64,000 bases of DNA, taken from contig NC_135893.1 of assembly GCF_964194155.1 (NCBI RefSeq), positions 24,180,001 through 24,244,000 on the forward strand. Direction: 5' to 3'. Origin of the DNA: Cetorhinus maximus (Eukaryota). Made by a program: the position numbers and the translations under genes. Under the pieces are notes generated by a model that saw only the letters and a list, made by a program, of their open reading frames with translations, was not told where the DNA came from and searched no databases. Position 1 is the stretch's first letter; each line of letters starts with the position of its first letter. Positions 34,901-46,600 of the stretch are shown here, piece by piece.

Positions 34901-37142
34901 AAATTTCACACACCCACCCTCTTAGTAATACAGTCATCTTTTATTCATTCTCAATATGTGGGTGTCACTGACAAGGTCAGCATTTATTGCCCATCCTTAA
35001 TTACCCTTGACCACCACCTTGAATAGAACTAAGTGGCTTGCTAGCCTATTTCAGAAAGCTGTTAAGTAACATTTGAGAGTCTAGAGTCACAGATCAGCCA
35101 GACAGGGTAAGGGATAGCAGATTACAACCTGCCGGACTTAATATTGAGTTCAACAACTTCAGATCATGAACTCTCTCCTCCATCCCCACCCCCTTTCCGA
35201 TCCCCCTTTTTCTAATTATTTATATTTTTAAAATATATTTTCTTTTCCCGCCTATTTCCATTATTTTTAAATGTATTCCCATCCATTGTTTCATCTCCAC
35301 CTTTTAGCTTATTTCGATCCCTTCCCTCCACCCCACCCCCACTAGGGCTATCTGTCACTTGCTCGTCCTGCTTTCTATCCTTAATGTCACCATTCGCACA
35401 TTTCTTAGCTAATATCACCACCGTCAACACCCCTTTGTCCTTTTGTCTATGACATCTTTGGCAATCTCTTCTTTGCCTCCACCTATCACTGGCCCTCTAT
35501 CCAGCTCTACCTGTCCCACCCCCCTCAACCAGCTTATATTTCACCTCATTTCTAATTTTCCTCAGTTCTGATGAAGTTATACAGACTCGAAACATTAATT
35601 GTATTCCTCTCCGCAGATGCTGTCAGACCTGGAGTTTTTCCAGCTATTTTTATTTTTGTTTCAGATTTCCAGCATCCGCAGTATTTTGCTTTTATCTAAG
35701 GATAGCAGATTTCCTTCCCTAAAGGACATTAGTGAACCAGGTGGGTTTTTTATAACAATCTGGCAGTTTTACAATCACCATTATATAAAATCTGGAAATC
35801 AGCAATCAATTGACTTTAAATTCCCCAACCACCCTGGTCTCCAAATCATTACTACAGATGAACATATTAAATAGGAGCTACAAAAGGCCATTTAGCCTTT
35901 TGAGCCTGTTCTGTCATTCCATAAGATCAATACTGATCTTCTACCTTAACTCCACCTTCCTGCGCTATCCCCATATTTTTTAATTCCCTTAGTATCCAAA
36001 GGTCTATTGACCTGTCTTGAAACTACTCAACCAGTAAGCATCCACAGCTCAGGTACAGCGAGTAAGCATCTACAGCTCTGAGGGTACAGAAGTCCAAAGA
36101 TTCACAACCCTCTGATTGAAATTTATTTTCATCTCAGTCCTAAATGGCCGTTCCATTAATCGGAGACTGTGACCCCACGATCTAGATTTTACAGCCGGGA
36201 GAAACATTTTCTCAGCATCTACCCTGTAAAGCCCCCCTTAAGAATTTTATATAGTTAATTGAACTTGGCTATTCTGAAGCAAATGGAGCCATTTCACGGA
36301 CTGTTGAGAGAGGAAGTCAATTTGTTACAGTGTGGTCGTAACATAAATACGAGCACTTTAGGTCTGGAAAAGTGCAGAGACGATACAAATATAATTTTAT
36401 ATAATATATATAAAATTATATAATTTTATAATCAATAGACTAGGCAAACACCTAACTCAGAAAACTGAATGGATCATCTCTGCTGACCTAACACAACCCC
36501 AAAGCGAGCTTCTAAAGGGCATATATTTACAGATTAACCACTGAAGTTTCATAAGCACCAGGTGGATAACCACTATGCTCCATACCCAAGTATTTACTTA
36601 ATTTCCCTACCGATGGGGTTGAGCGCCTGAGCCGCCGCCCTCAGCAGGTACAGATAGTCGGATAAGGTGCTGAACTCCACGGGGAGGAGCAGGCCGGCCT
36701 CTCGCACGGCCACATAGCGCTGCAGCACCGGCACGATGTTGGGCAGTACTGCCTGGTCGGCTTCCACCCGCCAGCAGGTGGTTCCGACGTCCAGCACGGC
36801 CTTCAGCGCGTCCAGCATGTTGAGGCCGGAGTAACGCCGGGAGAAGGGGTAGAGGGAGCGCTGACGGTGCAGGAAAACCACGGCGTAGCCCAGGCCGAGG
36901 AAATACTCGGCAGACACGGCGCCGCGCCAGCCGCTGCTGAAATTGTCCAAGAAGCGGACGGTCCGCGACTCCAGCGGTACCTTGGTGCCGCCCGAGGTCA
37001 CCAGCACCACCCTGCGGCCTTGGGCGGCGTGCCGCACCGCGAACTCGGCCATAGCCTTGGCCGAGCTCTCCGCATTAGGCGGCGGGACGCAGTTCGAGAA
37101 GAAGCCGCTCCACTCCGACTCGCACTCCGCCACCGCCGCCAT
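31589..37142 (-). CDS. PPCS: Phosphopantothenoylcysteine synthetase, 3 exons, about 321 aa
   Basis: Exons 37142-36611, 32279-32176, 31918-31589 (966 nt, phases 1 and 0). Motifs [64 protein letters not shown]. Confidence 0.97.
32176..32279 (-). CDS. PPCS: PPCS exon 2
   Basis: cag|[35 protein letters not shown]|gtgagt. Confidence 0.97.
33060..34690. mobile_element. LINE cluster: L2 (-, about 33060-33360), CR1 (-, about 33465-34100), CR1 (+, about 34100-34690)
   Basis: [17 protein letters not shown] (minus strand) and [14 protein letters not shown] (plus strand) CR1 motifs. Confidence 0.85.
35124..35696 (+). mobile_element. Penelope 3' fragment (end of GIY-YIG ORF plus pLTR) with TSD
   Basis: Starts at [14 protein letters not shown]; homologous to 14890-15399; TSD ggatagcagatt at 35112-35123 and 35700-35711. 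Confidence 0.9.
35564..35600 (+). ncRNA. Hammerhead motif with canonical CUGAUGA core; helix II damaged
   Basis: AGTT-CTGATGA-agttatacagactc-GAAA-CATT-AATT. Confidence 0.6.
35870..36255 (-). mobile_element. CR1 LINE 3' fragment
   Basis: ccaaagattcacaaccctctga...ctcagtcctaaatggcc. Confidence 0.8.
36611..37142 (-). CDS. PPCS: PPCS exon 1 (CpG island)
   Basis: [11 protein letters not shown]...[10 protein letters not shown]|gtaggg. Confidence 0.95.
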
Positions 37143-37484
37143 TACAACTGGTCCTCCCCTCAATGAGTGTCCGGGTTCCCCCCGCCCCCTCCCCCCCGCG
37201 CGACCTGCACCAAGAACTCTCATCGCTCACGATAGGAGATGAATAACTTTTCCAAGTTGTCGCACAAAGGACACTTTTTCATATTTAAATATTTCTATTT
37301 TTCTCTTATTCATTCATTTTTAGTTTCCATTTGTGTTTTAATCTGTTTGTTGGGGGAAGCACTACGAAGTGCTCCTGGGTTCAGAAGTCAGAGGCCTTAG
37401 CAACGGGCCAGAGGTCCCTAGCAACCGCAACATATCAGAGGCGGAGGGGTTTTCAAGCAAGGACTGGCCTCCCCGGACACCGAG
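37143..37484. promoter_or_regulatory. Bidirectional PPCS/ZMYND12 promoter with a GC box and two RFX X-box-like sites
   Basis: ATGs are 342 bp apart head-to-head; ccccgcccc near 37180; ggccttagcaac at 37393-37404 and gtccctagcaac at 37414-37425. Confidence 0.8.
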
Positions 37485-37600
37485 ATGCTCAGTTCTCCTA
37501 TTTATCCGCTTTCTAATCCCAAGGGCGTCAAACTAGAGTGTGAGATGTGCCAAAAAACCGCTTATGTTATGTGCTCCCAGTGCAGAGTGACTTATTACTG
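37485..37600 (+). CDS. ZMYND12: ZMYND12 exon 1
   Basis: MLSSPIYPLSNPKGVKLECEMCQKTAYVMCSQCRVTYY TG|gtgagt. Confidence 0.95.
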
Positions 37601-40600
37601 GTGAGTAAAGAAAGCGCCATCATCACATCCCTCAGCTCAAAAACTCATCTTGCACACTACTCGTCAAACTCCAACCTTTTCATTACTGAAATGTATTGTT
37701 GCCTCCAAAATCCGTGTCCATCCTTTGCAACTCCTTTAGTCTCTCTAATTAAGTTTCCACTCTTACAAAAACCTTCCACAGCATGACCATGAGCCATTAT
37801 CCCGTCTTAACCTCTATGCAGCCTTTGATACAGACGACCACACTCTCCTCCTCCAATGCCTATCCTGTGTTCTCCAGTTTGGTGGCACTGCCTTCACTTG
37901 ATTCCACTCTTACCTATCTAGTTTTGCCTTTCTACCAATGGCTTTTCTTCCCATCCTCTCACTTTAGCAATCCCTCAATAGCTATCATTGACCCCTCCTC
38001 TTTTAATATATATGCCACCCTTTCGCAATATCATCTGCTGTCACATATCTGCTGTTGCTATTCCTTAACCTCCCTTAACTTCTCTACTGCCTCTGCCTTT
38101 TCAAACTGCTTGTTTGACATCCCGTCTTAGATGAGTTGCAATTGCCTGCAGATAAAGTGGGAAGATTGATGCTCCAACTGCAATCTCTATACCATCACTA
38201 CTAACCCCCTCCCCCTCCCTTATCACTACCTCAGGTTGAACTGGATTATTCAGTCTCAGCATCCTCCAGGAACTCAAGTTGAATTTCTGACTCCATACTC
38301 TCTCCATCACGAAAAACACTTACTTCATCTCTGTTCCAAACTTCCAAGCACCTACCTCACCACTTCTACCGCCAAAACCCTCATGCAAGCTTTGTCATAT
38401 GTAGACTTAACTGTCAAATGCAGTAGGGATTGCTTTCCTAGGTTTCCATTTTGATCCTTTTCATCTCCTCTGCATCATGCAATGCCTGAGAGGTGAACTG
38501 CTGACTTTCAGCCATTTCCAGACTTGTGCAGATGCTAGTCAGAACTGACTGATGGGTGCGAGTGCTCTGCAGCGTAAGAAATGGTACTTTTCAGAATATT
38601 ACAGAATTATCATTGAATTAGCAGGCACAGTATGAGGCCATCTGACAGAGGCTATTTTTCTCGCTGGAAAAACACATTAACAGTCCCAAACATTCAGAGG
38701 CTGAGGTAAAACAAAGATGTAGACATTCCTGAACTGACAGTAGGGAGTCTTGCGGTGCCTTGTGTACCCTCTTATCTTTACAAGTGTCAGGCATGAGTTA
38801 ACAACTGGCACCCAGCATGAGATGAGCTAAGAGATTACCCCAAACCAAAATGATGGACAGGGGGTGGTGACACCCTGAGTACCTGTTCTTTGGTCAGAGC
38901 TACTCAAAGTGATTGACATTGGGTAAACAATGGGCCCATAGAAATAAAGTATATTAATGGGTGCATTGGAGTTAAAGGGGAAGTCCTCGTCAGGCAGCTG
39001 CCTTCTTCAGCTGAAGACTGGTGAAGAGTGAGGGAGATCAGGGGAAGAGTTTCCTACACTTCAGGTAAAGAGTAGAAGGCTGCTGACAAGCTACAGAGCT
39101 CAACGCTCACTCTACATTATCCATGCTTTCATCCTCCGGGACTGGTAAATCATTCTCACCTGTTATGAGTCAAATGTTTTTCCTATCTATTTAGCTTGTG
39201 CATCATTTTTAAACTGTTGCTTCTTAATAAACTACTTTAAAATCATTGATGAGTTTGACCCCCTTTTTAGGTAATCTGTGACTCCCAAACCTAAAACTTA
39301 CAGGAGTGACTCTGCCTCTGGTTTCTCCCCCTTCCAAATAGAATCACCAAGGCTTTGCTCAGTGCTTCTGTGCAACAGCAGCTTTAAGATCAAGAACCAT
39401 GTGTGTGGAATCGAAGAGACAAGCCCATGTCCTACCATTTTTAAGTGCCAGCTTAGCTTGGTTGGTAGCACTCTTGCCTTTGAAATAGATTGTAAATTCA
39501 CTGCAGGATTTGGGAATTAATCTAGGCTGGCATTTCAATGCACCGCTGAAGATATACTGTATTGTCTGAGGTGTTTCACAGGTCCCATCCGCCTGATTCA
39601 GTTCTGTTGGTTGTCAAAAGATCCCTTGGCATTGTTCAAAGAAAAGCAGAAGGCTCTCCTGACCAATATTCCACTCTCAGCCACATCAAAAACGGATTCA
39701 CCAATCATTTATCTTACTGCTGTTTATAGGACATTGCTGTGCACAAAATAACTGTAACAATTATCTACTGTTAGAACCATATCTACAAGAACTACATTTT
39801 CTTTTAAAATTTGGAAGGACATTGCATTATTTGGACACTTGGGAACTGACCTGGATTTTTTTTTAAAAAAGGGTCACAAATTCATCTTGGACTGGAGCAA
39901 GCATGTCTTTTCCAAGAAATCATCTAACCAGCATAGCACATGGGGTGGGGGAGAGCTGTTTGCTTATTTGAATTGCAATCACTTTAATTGCTGGAAAAAA
40001 AATTGTTTTAAAGGCAAAGGCCCGGTTATTTACTGAAAATCACCTGACGGAGGAGCTTTATGTTTTGGACTTGTTATTTTGAACTCAGCTGAGAATGAAC
40101 TGAAGGGGAAAAGCTGCCCAACTCACGCTCATATTGCCTTGCTTGAAGTACAGCGTGGTTATCAGTATCTAGCTAGGAATCCTCATTTCAGTGGAACTTG
40201 CTTGTATTTGGAAACCCGAGAGGCTGAGACGAGAAGGATTGATCCTTGCTGAAGCTCCATTGGGGAGAACCTCCAGACATCTACTGGGACTAGCAACCCG
40301 TCCTCACACGAGGGAGCACCAGATTGACAGTGTCAAAACCCTGCGAATTTTATCCTTTCTATAAAATTTTTTCTTTCAACCGCTCATCTCTGCAGAAACC
40401 CTGTTTGTTTGTTCTTTGTTGTTTGTGTGTGTGCGTGCTGGGGAATTTTAAAAGGAATAGATAGTTACACTTCCAGATTACAAATTGTGTGTTAACCGTT
40501 TTTTAAAAAAGTTTTGTTTTAAAATAAATCAATCATTCTGAGTTTATTGAAAGAAGCCTGGCTAAAGTCTCTTTTATTCTGGGTCTAATAGTAGTGAAGG

Positions 40601-43600
40601 TAAACAATTGCCAATTTTGGTAAGTGAATTAAACATTTACACTAATGGTATGACCTGTGGAATAGTAGGGCTAGATAAACTGCGTACCCCTCCTGGGATG
40701 GTCATAACACTACATAGCAAAAGTGGTTACCAGAAAGTAATATATTGTTGGGTGTGCATTGGGACATTTCTGAGGGATGGGATAAGACGCAATATAAAAC
40801 AAGTTCTTTCACTGGATCTACAATGCGTTTGTATCTATTAGGCTGTGTTTGCATGTGTATCTTGCCTTTTTAAGGAATATCTCTCAAGAATATGTGCCTG
40901 TAATTGTCTTCTGTCAGTGATGTAGCACACCAAGAGGCAGATTGGAATGGGATCCATGAGAAGATTTGCCAGCTCCTGATTCCAATACGGACAGCACCGA
41001 CATTCCTCAGCTCTGCAAAAGAGAGAAAACACAATGAGGAGCAGTTGATCCAGAGACAGGTAAACATTAAGCAGCTTTCATATTCATTCAGTTATTTTTT
41101 TCTTACTCTAATTTTCTTCTGAAGGTACTGACTCATGCTGGGGATATAGTTTCTTGGCAATTAGCAGCCCTTTGATGCTATTCCACATATTTGATCTTAA
41201 ACAGTCTGTGCTTGCAGGATAGTGACCATGAGGTCAGCACAGCCAAGTCAAATCCTGTTTAGACCCGAGATCCACATTTAGCAGATCTACAGCAGGAAGT
41301 GCAATCATTGTCATATAGGCGAACACAGGCCAATTTGCAAGGTCCCACAGTGACTATAGTGGATGGCCAGGTGATCTGTTTCTAATGGCGTTGGCCAGGA
41401 TATCTCCATGCTCTTCAAGAAGTGCCATAGATAATTTACGTACATATAAATAAGAGACAAGGTCTTGGTTTAATGTCTGATCCAAAAATTGTACCCACAA
41501 CAATGCAGCATTCCCTTAGTACTACACTGGAGAATCAGCTTAGTATATATGTTCAAGTTTTAGTCTTGTCCACAGTCTTGGAGTCATATTTGATCCCAGG
41601 ATGAGCTGCCGATTACATATCCACTCCATAACCAAGACCACCTACATCTACCTCTGTAATATTGCTCAACTGCACCCTGCCTTAGCTCATCCGCTGCTGA
41701 AACCCTCACCCATGTCTTTGTTGCTTCCAGACCTGACTATTCTAACCCCTCTCCTGGATGGCCTCCCATTTTCCACCCTCCATAAATTTGAGCTCATCCA
41801 AAACTGTTGTCTGTATCAAGATTGATTCACCTATCACCCTGTGCTTGCTGACTGACATTGGCTCCCAGTTTGGCAATGCCATAATTTTCTGATTCTCTTC
41901 CTTCATTTCAAATCCCTCCGTGGCCTCATTCCTCCTTACCTCTATAACCTCCTCCAGCCCTACAACCCTTTGAGATCTGTGTGCTTGCTCCTCCAATTCT
42001 GACCTTTTGCATGTCCCCAAATTTAATGACTCCACCATTGGTGGCCGTGCCTTCAGCTGCCATAGGCCTGAGCTCTAGAATTTTCACTCCCCCACCCCCA
42101 AAACACTCTTTCCTCCTTTAAAGCGCTCCTTAAAACCTATCTCTTAGACCAAGTTTTTGGTCATCTACTCATCCATCCTAACATCTCCTTATGTGGCTCA
42201 GTGTCAAATTTAGTTTGATAATACTCCCTGCATGTTTTACTATGTCAAAAGCAGTATATAAATGTAGTTTTGTTGCTTTTATTGCTTGAAAGTGAAAATT
42301 GCTGCAAATTGAGCCAAGCTCCAGACTTTCCCCTTAGTTTAGAGCTTTAACACCAGAGATCAGCCTCATGGCTTTTCTTTGCACTCCCTCCAAAACTCGA
42401 ATGCCTCCCTTTTATTCTGAGAACTGGCATTGGACACAGTACTTAAAATATGGTCCAACTAGAGCGCTATACAGTTTGCCCATGACTTCCTCTGACTTCT
42501 ATTCCACTGATTTGGATATATAGTTTCATAATGTATTAATTTTGCTGATTGTCACACTACAATAGGTATATTGAGTATCAAGTTAACTTAGACACTCTTT
42601 CAACTTCAACCTTAACTGTTTTAACAATATTCATTGAGTATGTTTGTCATCCAATTTTGGAACAATTAGCCATAATGTCCCTGCATTAGTTCACACTTAC
42701 ACATGAGAAATGGCATTTGGTGCACTAATGGACTGTTGCCATGCTGTACATATAGAAAATCCTTCAAGGAAGGTGGTAGTTAAATTGGAACAAACAAATA
42801 CAGTTTCTTTAAATGGCTTTCTTGTACCTGGTGTCTGTCAGTAATTATATTAACTGGTTGCTATGCTAAAATAATTCCATTGATCACAAAAATCTCAACA
42901 TTTAAGGTTGATGTTTCACCTTTGTCTAATGTTTTTGCTGTTTTACAGAAACACCTCATTAATCTGACACGGACAGTGGCCCAGAAACTTCTTTTTGAGG
43001 GTAAACATGAGGAAGCTGTTCCTGGAGCCTTGCAGTCTCTGCGTTTTGCAACTTCTGTTTACGGCAGCACCTCTGCTGAGCTAGTGCCATCTCAATTACT
43101 CTTGGCAGAGGCCAGTATTGGTAAGAATATTGTGTGTATTATTGGGGACTTGTCACTTGTGCAAAACTGTACAATTATTAAACATGTCAGCATGAAGTGT
43201 ATTATATCATCCACTTTGGACTTAAGAAAGATATATCAGATTACTTTCTAAATGGTGAGAAGTTGGGAACTGTGGAGGAGCAGAGAGATTTAGTAGTCCA
43301 AGAACAGAAATCACTAAAAGCTAGTGCATAGGTACAAAAATAATTTAAAAAGTTAAATGTCTTTACTTCAAGGGGAATGGAATACAAAGGAGTGGAAGCT
43401 ATGTTACAGTTTTATAAAGTTGCGGTTTGACCCCATTTAGAGTAGTGCAATTCTGGACACTGTCCTCAGGAAGGATACATTGGAGGGCAGTGCAGAGCAG
43501 ATTCACCAGAATGATACCTTGGCTAAAAGGTTAAATTATGATTACAGGGTGCAAAGACTTATACAGCTGAGTATAGAAGATTAACTTAGACTCAGAACTT

Positions 43601-46600
43601 TCCTATGCCTAGTGGAACATGAGACAGACAAAGCATAATGTTACGTCTGTTTCCATCACTAGTTTTTCCTGGAAAAGGTCATCAGAGGCTATAGCTTGAG
43701 AGACATCACCCCACATCAGGCAATAGCTGACTAGGAGACTCCCCCAGTCTTACCATCTGCCATTGGCATGTTGGAAGGAATTATGGGTTGATAATTAACC
43801 TGTTTGGCCACATTATGAACACACCTTCCATGGCCAACAAGTCCTAGATTGGGACTTGAACCTGGAGCTTCCGGCTCAGAGGCAGGGGCATTGTTCACTG
43901 CCACAAAACCACCTACAGAAGATTAAAGGATGTTCCAATTGAAGTGTTTAAGATGATTAATTGAGATGATAAGGTCAATAGAGATAAACTATTTTCTCTG
44001 GTGATTCAGTCCAGAACAAGGGGACATAAAATTATAATAGAGCTAGGCCAATCAGGGGAAGCTTTTTGTTATATAGAGGGTAGTGAAAATCTGGAAAGAA
44101 CTGTTGAGCCAGTTGAAAATTTCTCCTAAGTCCTTGAGTGGGACTTGAACTTATACCTTCTGAATCAGAGGTGAGAGTGCTTCCAACTGAGCAACAGCTG
44201 GCACCATGAGGAAAGTAGAGGATGAAAAGTTCTGCAATATATCTGGGCCCAATTCCACCTTGAGAGGGGGTCATGTTTTTCTTCTCACATGGTGGGGTTG
44301 TTACAAGAAGGGGGATTTTCAGCTCGGGTAGGGGTGGCACTGAGTTGCATCCAGGTGAATGGCTGGAAGAGGCGTGTTGTTTCATCTCAAGGGATAGAAA
44401 GGGGTTTGTGCTCAGAGGGGGTTGAAGGAGGTCACTATCAATCTCTGCTGGGTGTCTGGAGGCTTTCATGCTCCCTTTGTTTGTCCAAGAACTAGGAATT
44501 TCTTAGCTTGATTGTTAGGGAAGGTCAGATGGTTATTGCTAGTATTCTACTCCTTTGTCATTGACAATTAATTATTAATGCATTCTTGGGTATCCAATGT
44601 TTCAACTCTGGTCCTTGGGAATGCTGAAATTTCTGGTCAGTGTGTTGGGGTTGGGATAGGAGGGGAGGAGAGTTGGTGCTGATCTGCTGATCGAGATGGA
44701 GGGGTTAATGATTCCAGCTCACTGGATCGCTGAAGGGAGATGAAATTCAACCTCTACAGCGGAGAGATCAAAATATTAATTGTGAATTCTTTTCTCAGTG
44801 GTGGCGAGTGAAAACAATTGGTTTTCATTGGTGTGGGGGTGGGTTTGGGATATATCAACTGCTATAATAGCATCGATCTTGCCTCATTATTTTTCCAATT
44901 TCCATGATCTGTGATTTGTTACTGCGCATGGCCGTGGGTCTGCTGAATGATATAGGGAGTGAGTTTAGTAAGGTGTTAGCCAGTACTTGGCTTTTCCTAT
45001 TTCAGCTTGGTGCTTTGAGATTTGTCATTACACAGTGGGATCCTTAGTGAGCCATACTTTCATTGAAAGGAAAAAAAAATTTTTTTTGAAATGTAGTGCA
45101 TTAAAAGTCTTGTCTGCCCCTTCCACAATTCCTTAGGGGATGAATTTCCTCAGGGTTTCTTCCACCATCATGACTTAAGTGGAAACCAGGTTTACACGCT
45201 TAGTCATTCACTGAACATTCATCAAAGTGCAGAGTGGAAGAATTTTGAGGAAATTTGACCATTTAACTGTGTATTAATTTTCAGGTGGCCAGCGGACAGA
45301 CTTTGGCAGATCTGGCATTTTCTTACGACCCGTAACAATACTACGCATTGCCAAGCACTTTCTGATTATTCTTCAGACCTATGTTCTGTTATTTGCACAT
45401 ACATCACCCCCCTCCCCACACTACAACTACCTTCTCCTGAATGAAATACATTGGGTCTAATCTTTCATTCACAATAGTGGCGAATTCTGAGACATTGACT
45501 GATATTGAGCACTGCAATGGCACTTCAAGTTCCAGAAAACCCACTTGCACACCAATCTGGAACTTGCGGTCCACCTGAATGAGCTTCCAGGGGAGCTCAT
45601 GCTGATTGTCCCTCATGTGTCCTCAGATCAGCTCAGGAGGGCAGCCCTTTAAATCAGGAGTGTCAAAAAACTCATACACTCCTACACTGCTCACCACCTC
45701 CTGCAGCCCAAGCATTGCTCAGCTTTTCACCAGCACCCTGCGGCTCTGCACCCCTGGCTCTACTCACCCGCCTCCCACCCCCATTTTACTCACCCTCTCT
45801 AGCTGCCCTCCCAACAACCCATACCTCCACCTCTGCTCAACTTCCCTCAGCACCCCCAGCTCCTTAGTCCCGCGATGTCAGAGCAGAGACATTGGTGCCG
45901 GAGGTGACTGGGGGGGTGCAAAAGGTCAAGGTGATGAACAGAGCTGTGAGTGTCTGGGGAGTGACATAGCTAGAATTAAAAACAGATTAAAGATAAGATT
46001 AAAAATACTTAAAAACACCTGTCATTGGGAAGAAGGAAAGGGGCATGGCTTCAGATCCTGACGTCAAAGGGGTCATAGCCTTGCCTGAATTGCGACTTGC
46101 CACTGGGCCTCCTGAATTACCTCGATGAATCCACACTGTGACCAGGCGAGCAAGTTCCCACTGCAGTCTACAAAATAGGTACCAACGTATTTTTAAATGG
46201 AATCAGCAAAATAAGCCACAGCTTCATCGCTGACAAGAAGATCCAGGCCATTGGGATTTCTGAGGCCTCAGTAAGATGCTCTCACCTGGTTCCAGCAGTC
46301 CTCTATCCTCACCCAAGAGGCTCTTCATGTATGAGCTGAGACAATCAGTGTCAGCAGACTATTGGGCAGTACCACAGAACTTGATGCTGACATCACCTAA
46401 CATCCAAACATGCACACTTTCTGGCAAGTGTCACTAGATGGTAATCAGGAGTGCTGAGACCTCCATGGCTTAGTGCTACCTCTAATAATACCTTCACTGA
46501 CTGAGATCTTAGGGGAGATATATTTATATTGTTTAGTTTGATGTTGCTTTGTGTTCTTGTCTTTTGTTGTTAATAATCACACTTTAAACTTGGAAAGATC

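Larger units (their letters stand above)
34945..35865 (-). mobile_element. SINE interrupted by a Penelope fragment
   Basis: gcatttattgcccatccttaatt...gtaagggatagcagatt|insert|tccttccctaaaggacattagtgaacc is colinear with the SINE at 47905-48270. Confidence 0.75.

Noticed and set aside
36867-37242. Plus-strand ORFs overlapping PPCS exon 1
   Set aside because: Shadow ORFs of GC-rich coding sequence on the opposite strand.
45606-46061. 151-aa ORF in ZMYND12 intron 3
   Set aside because: C-rich low-complexity interior of a probable MITE-like repeat; no splice or homology support.
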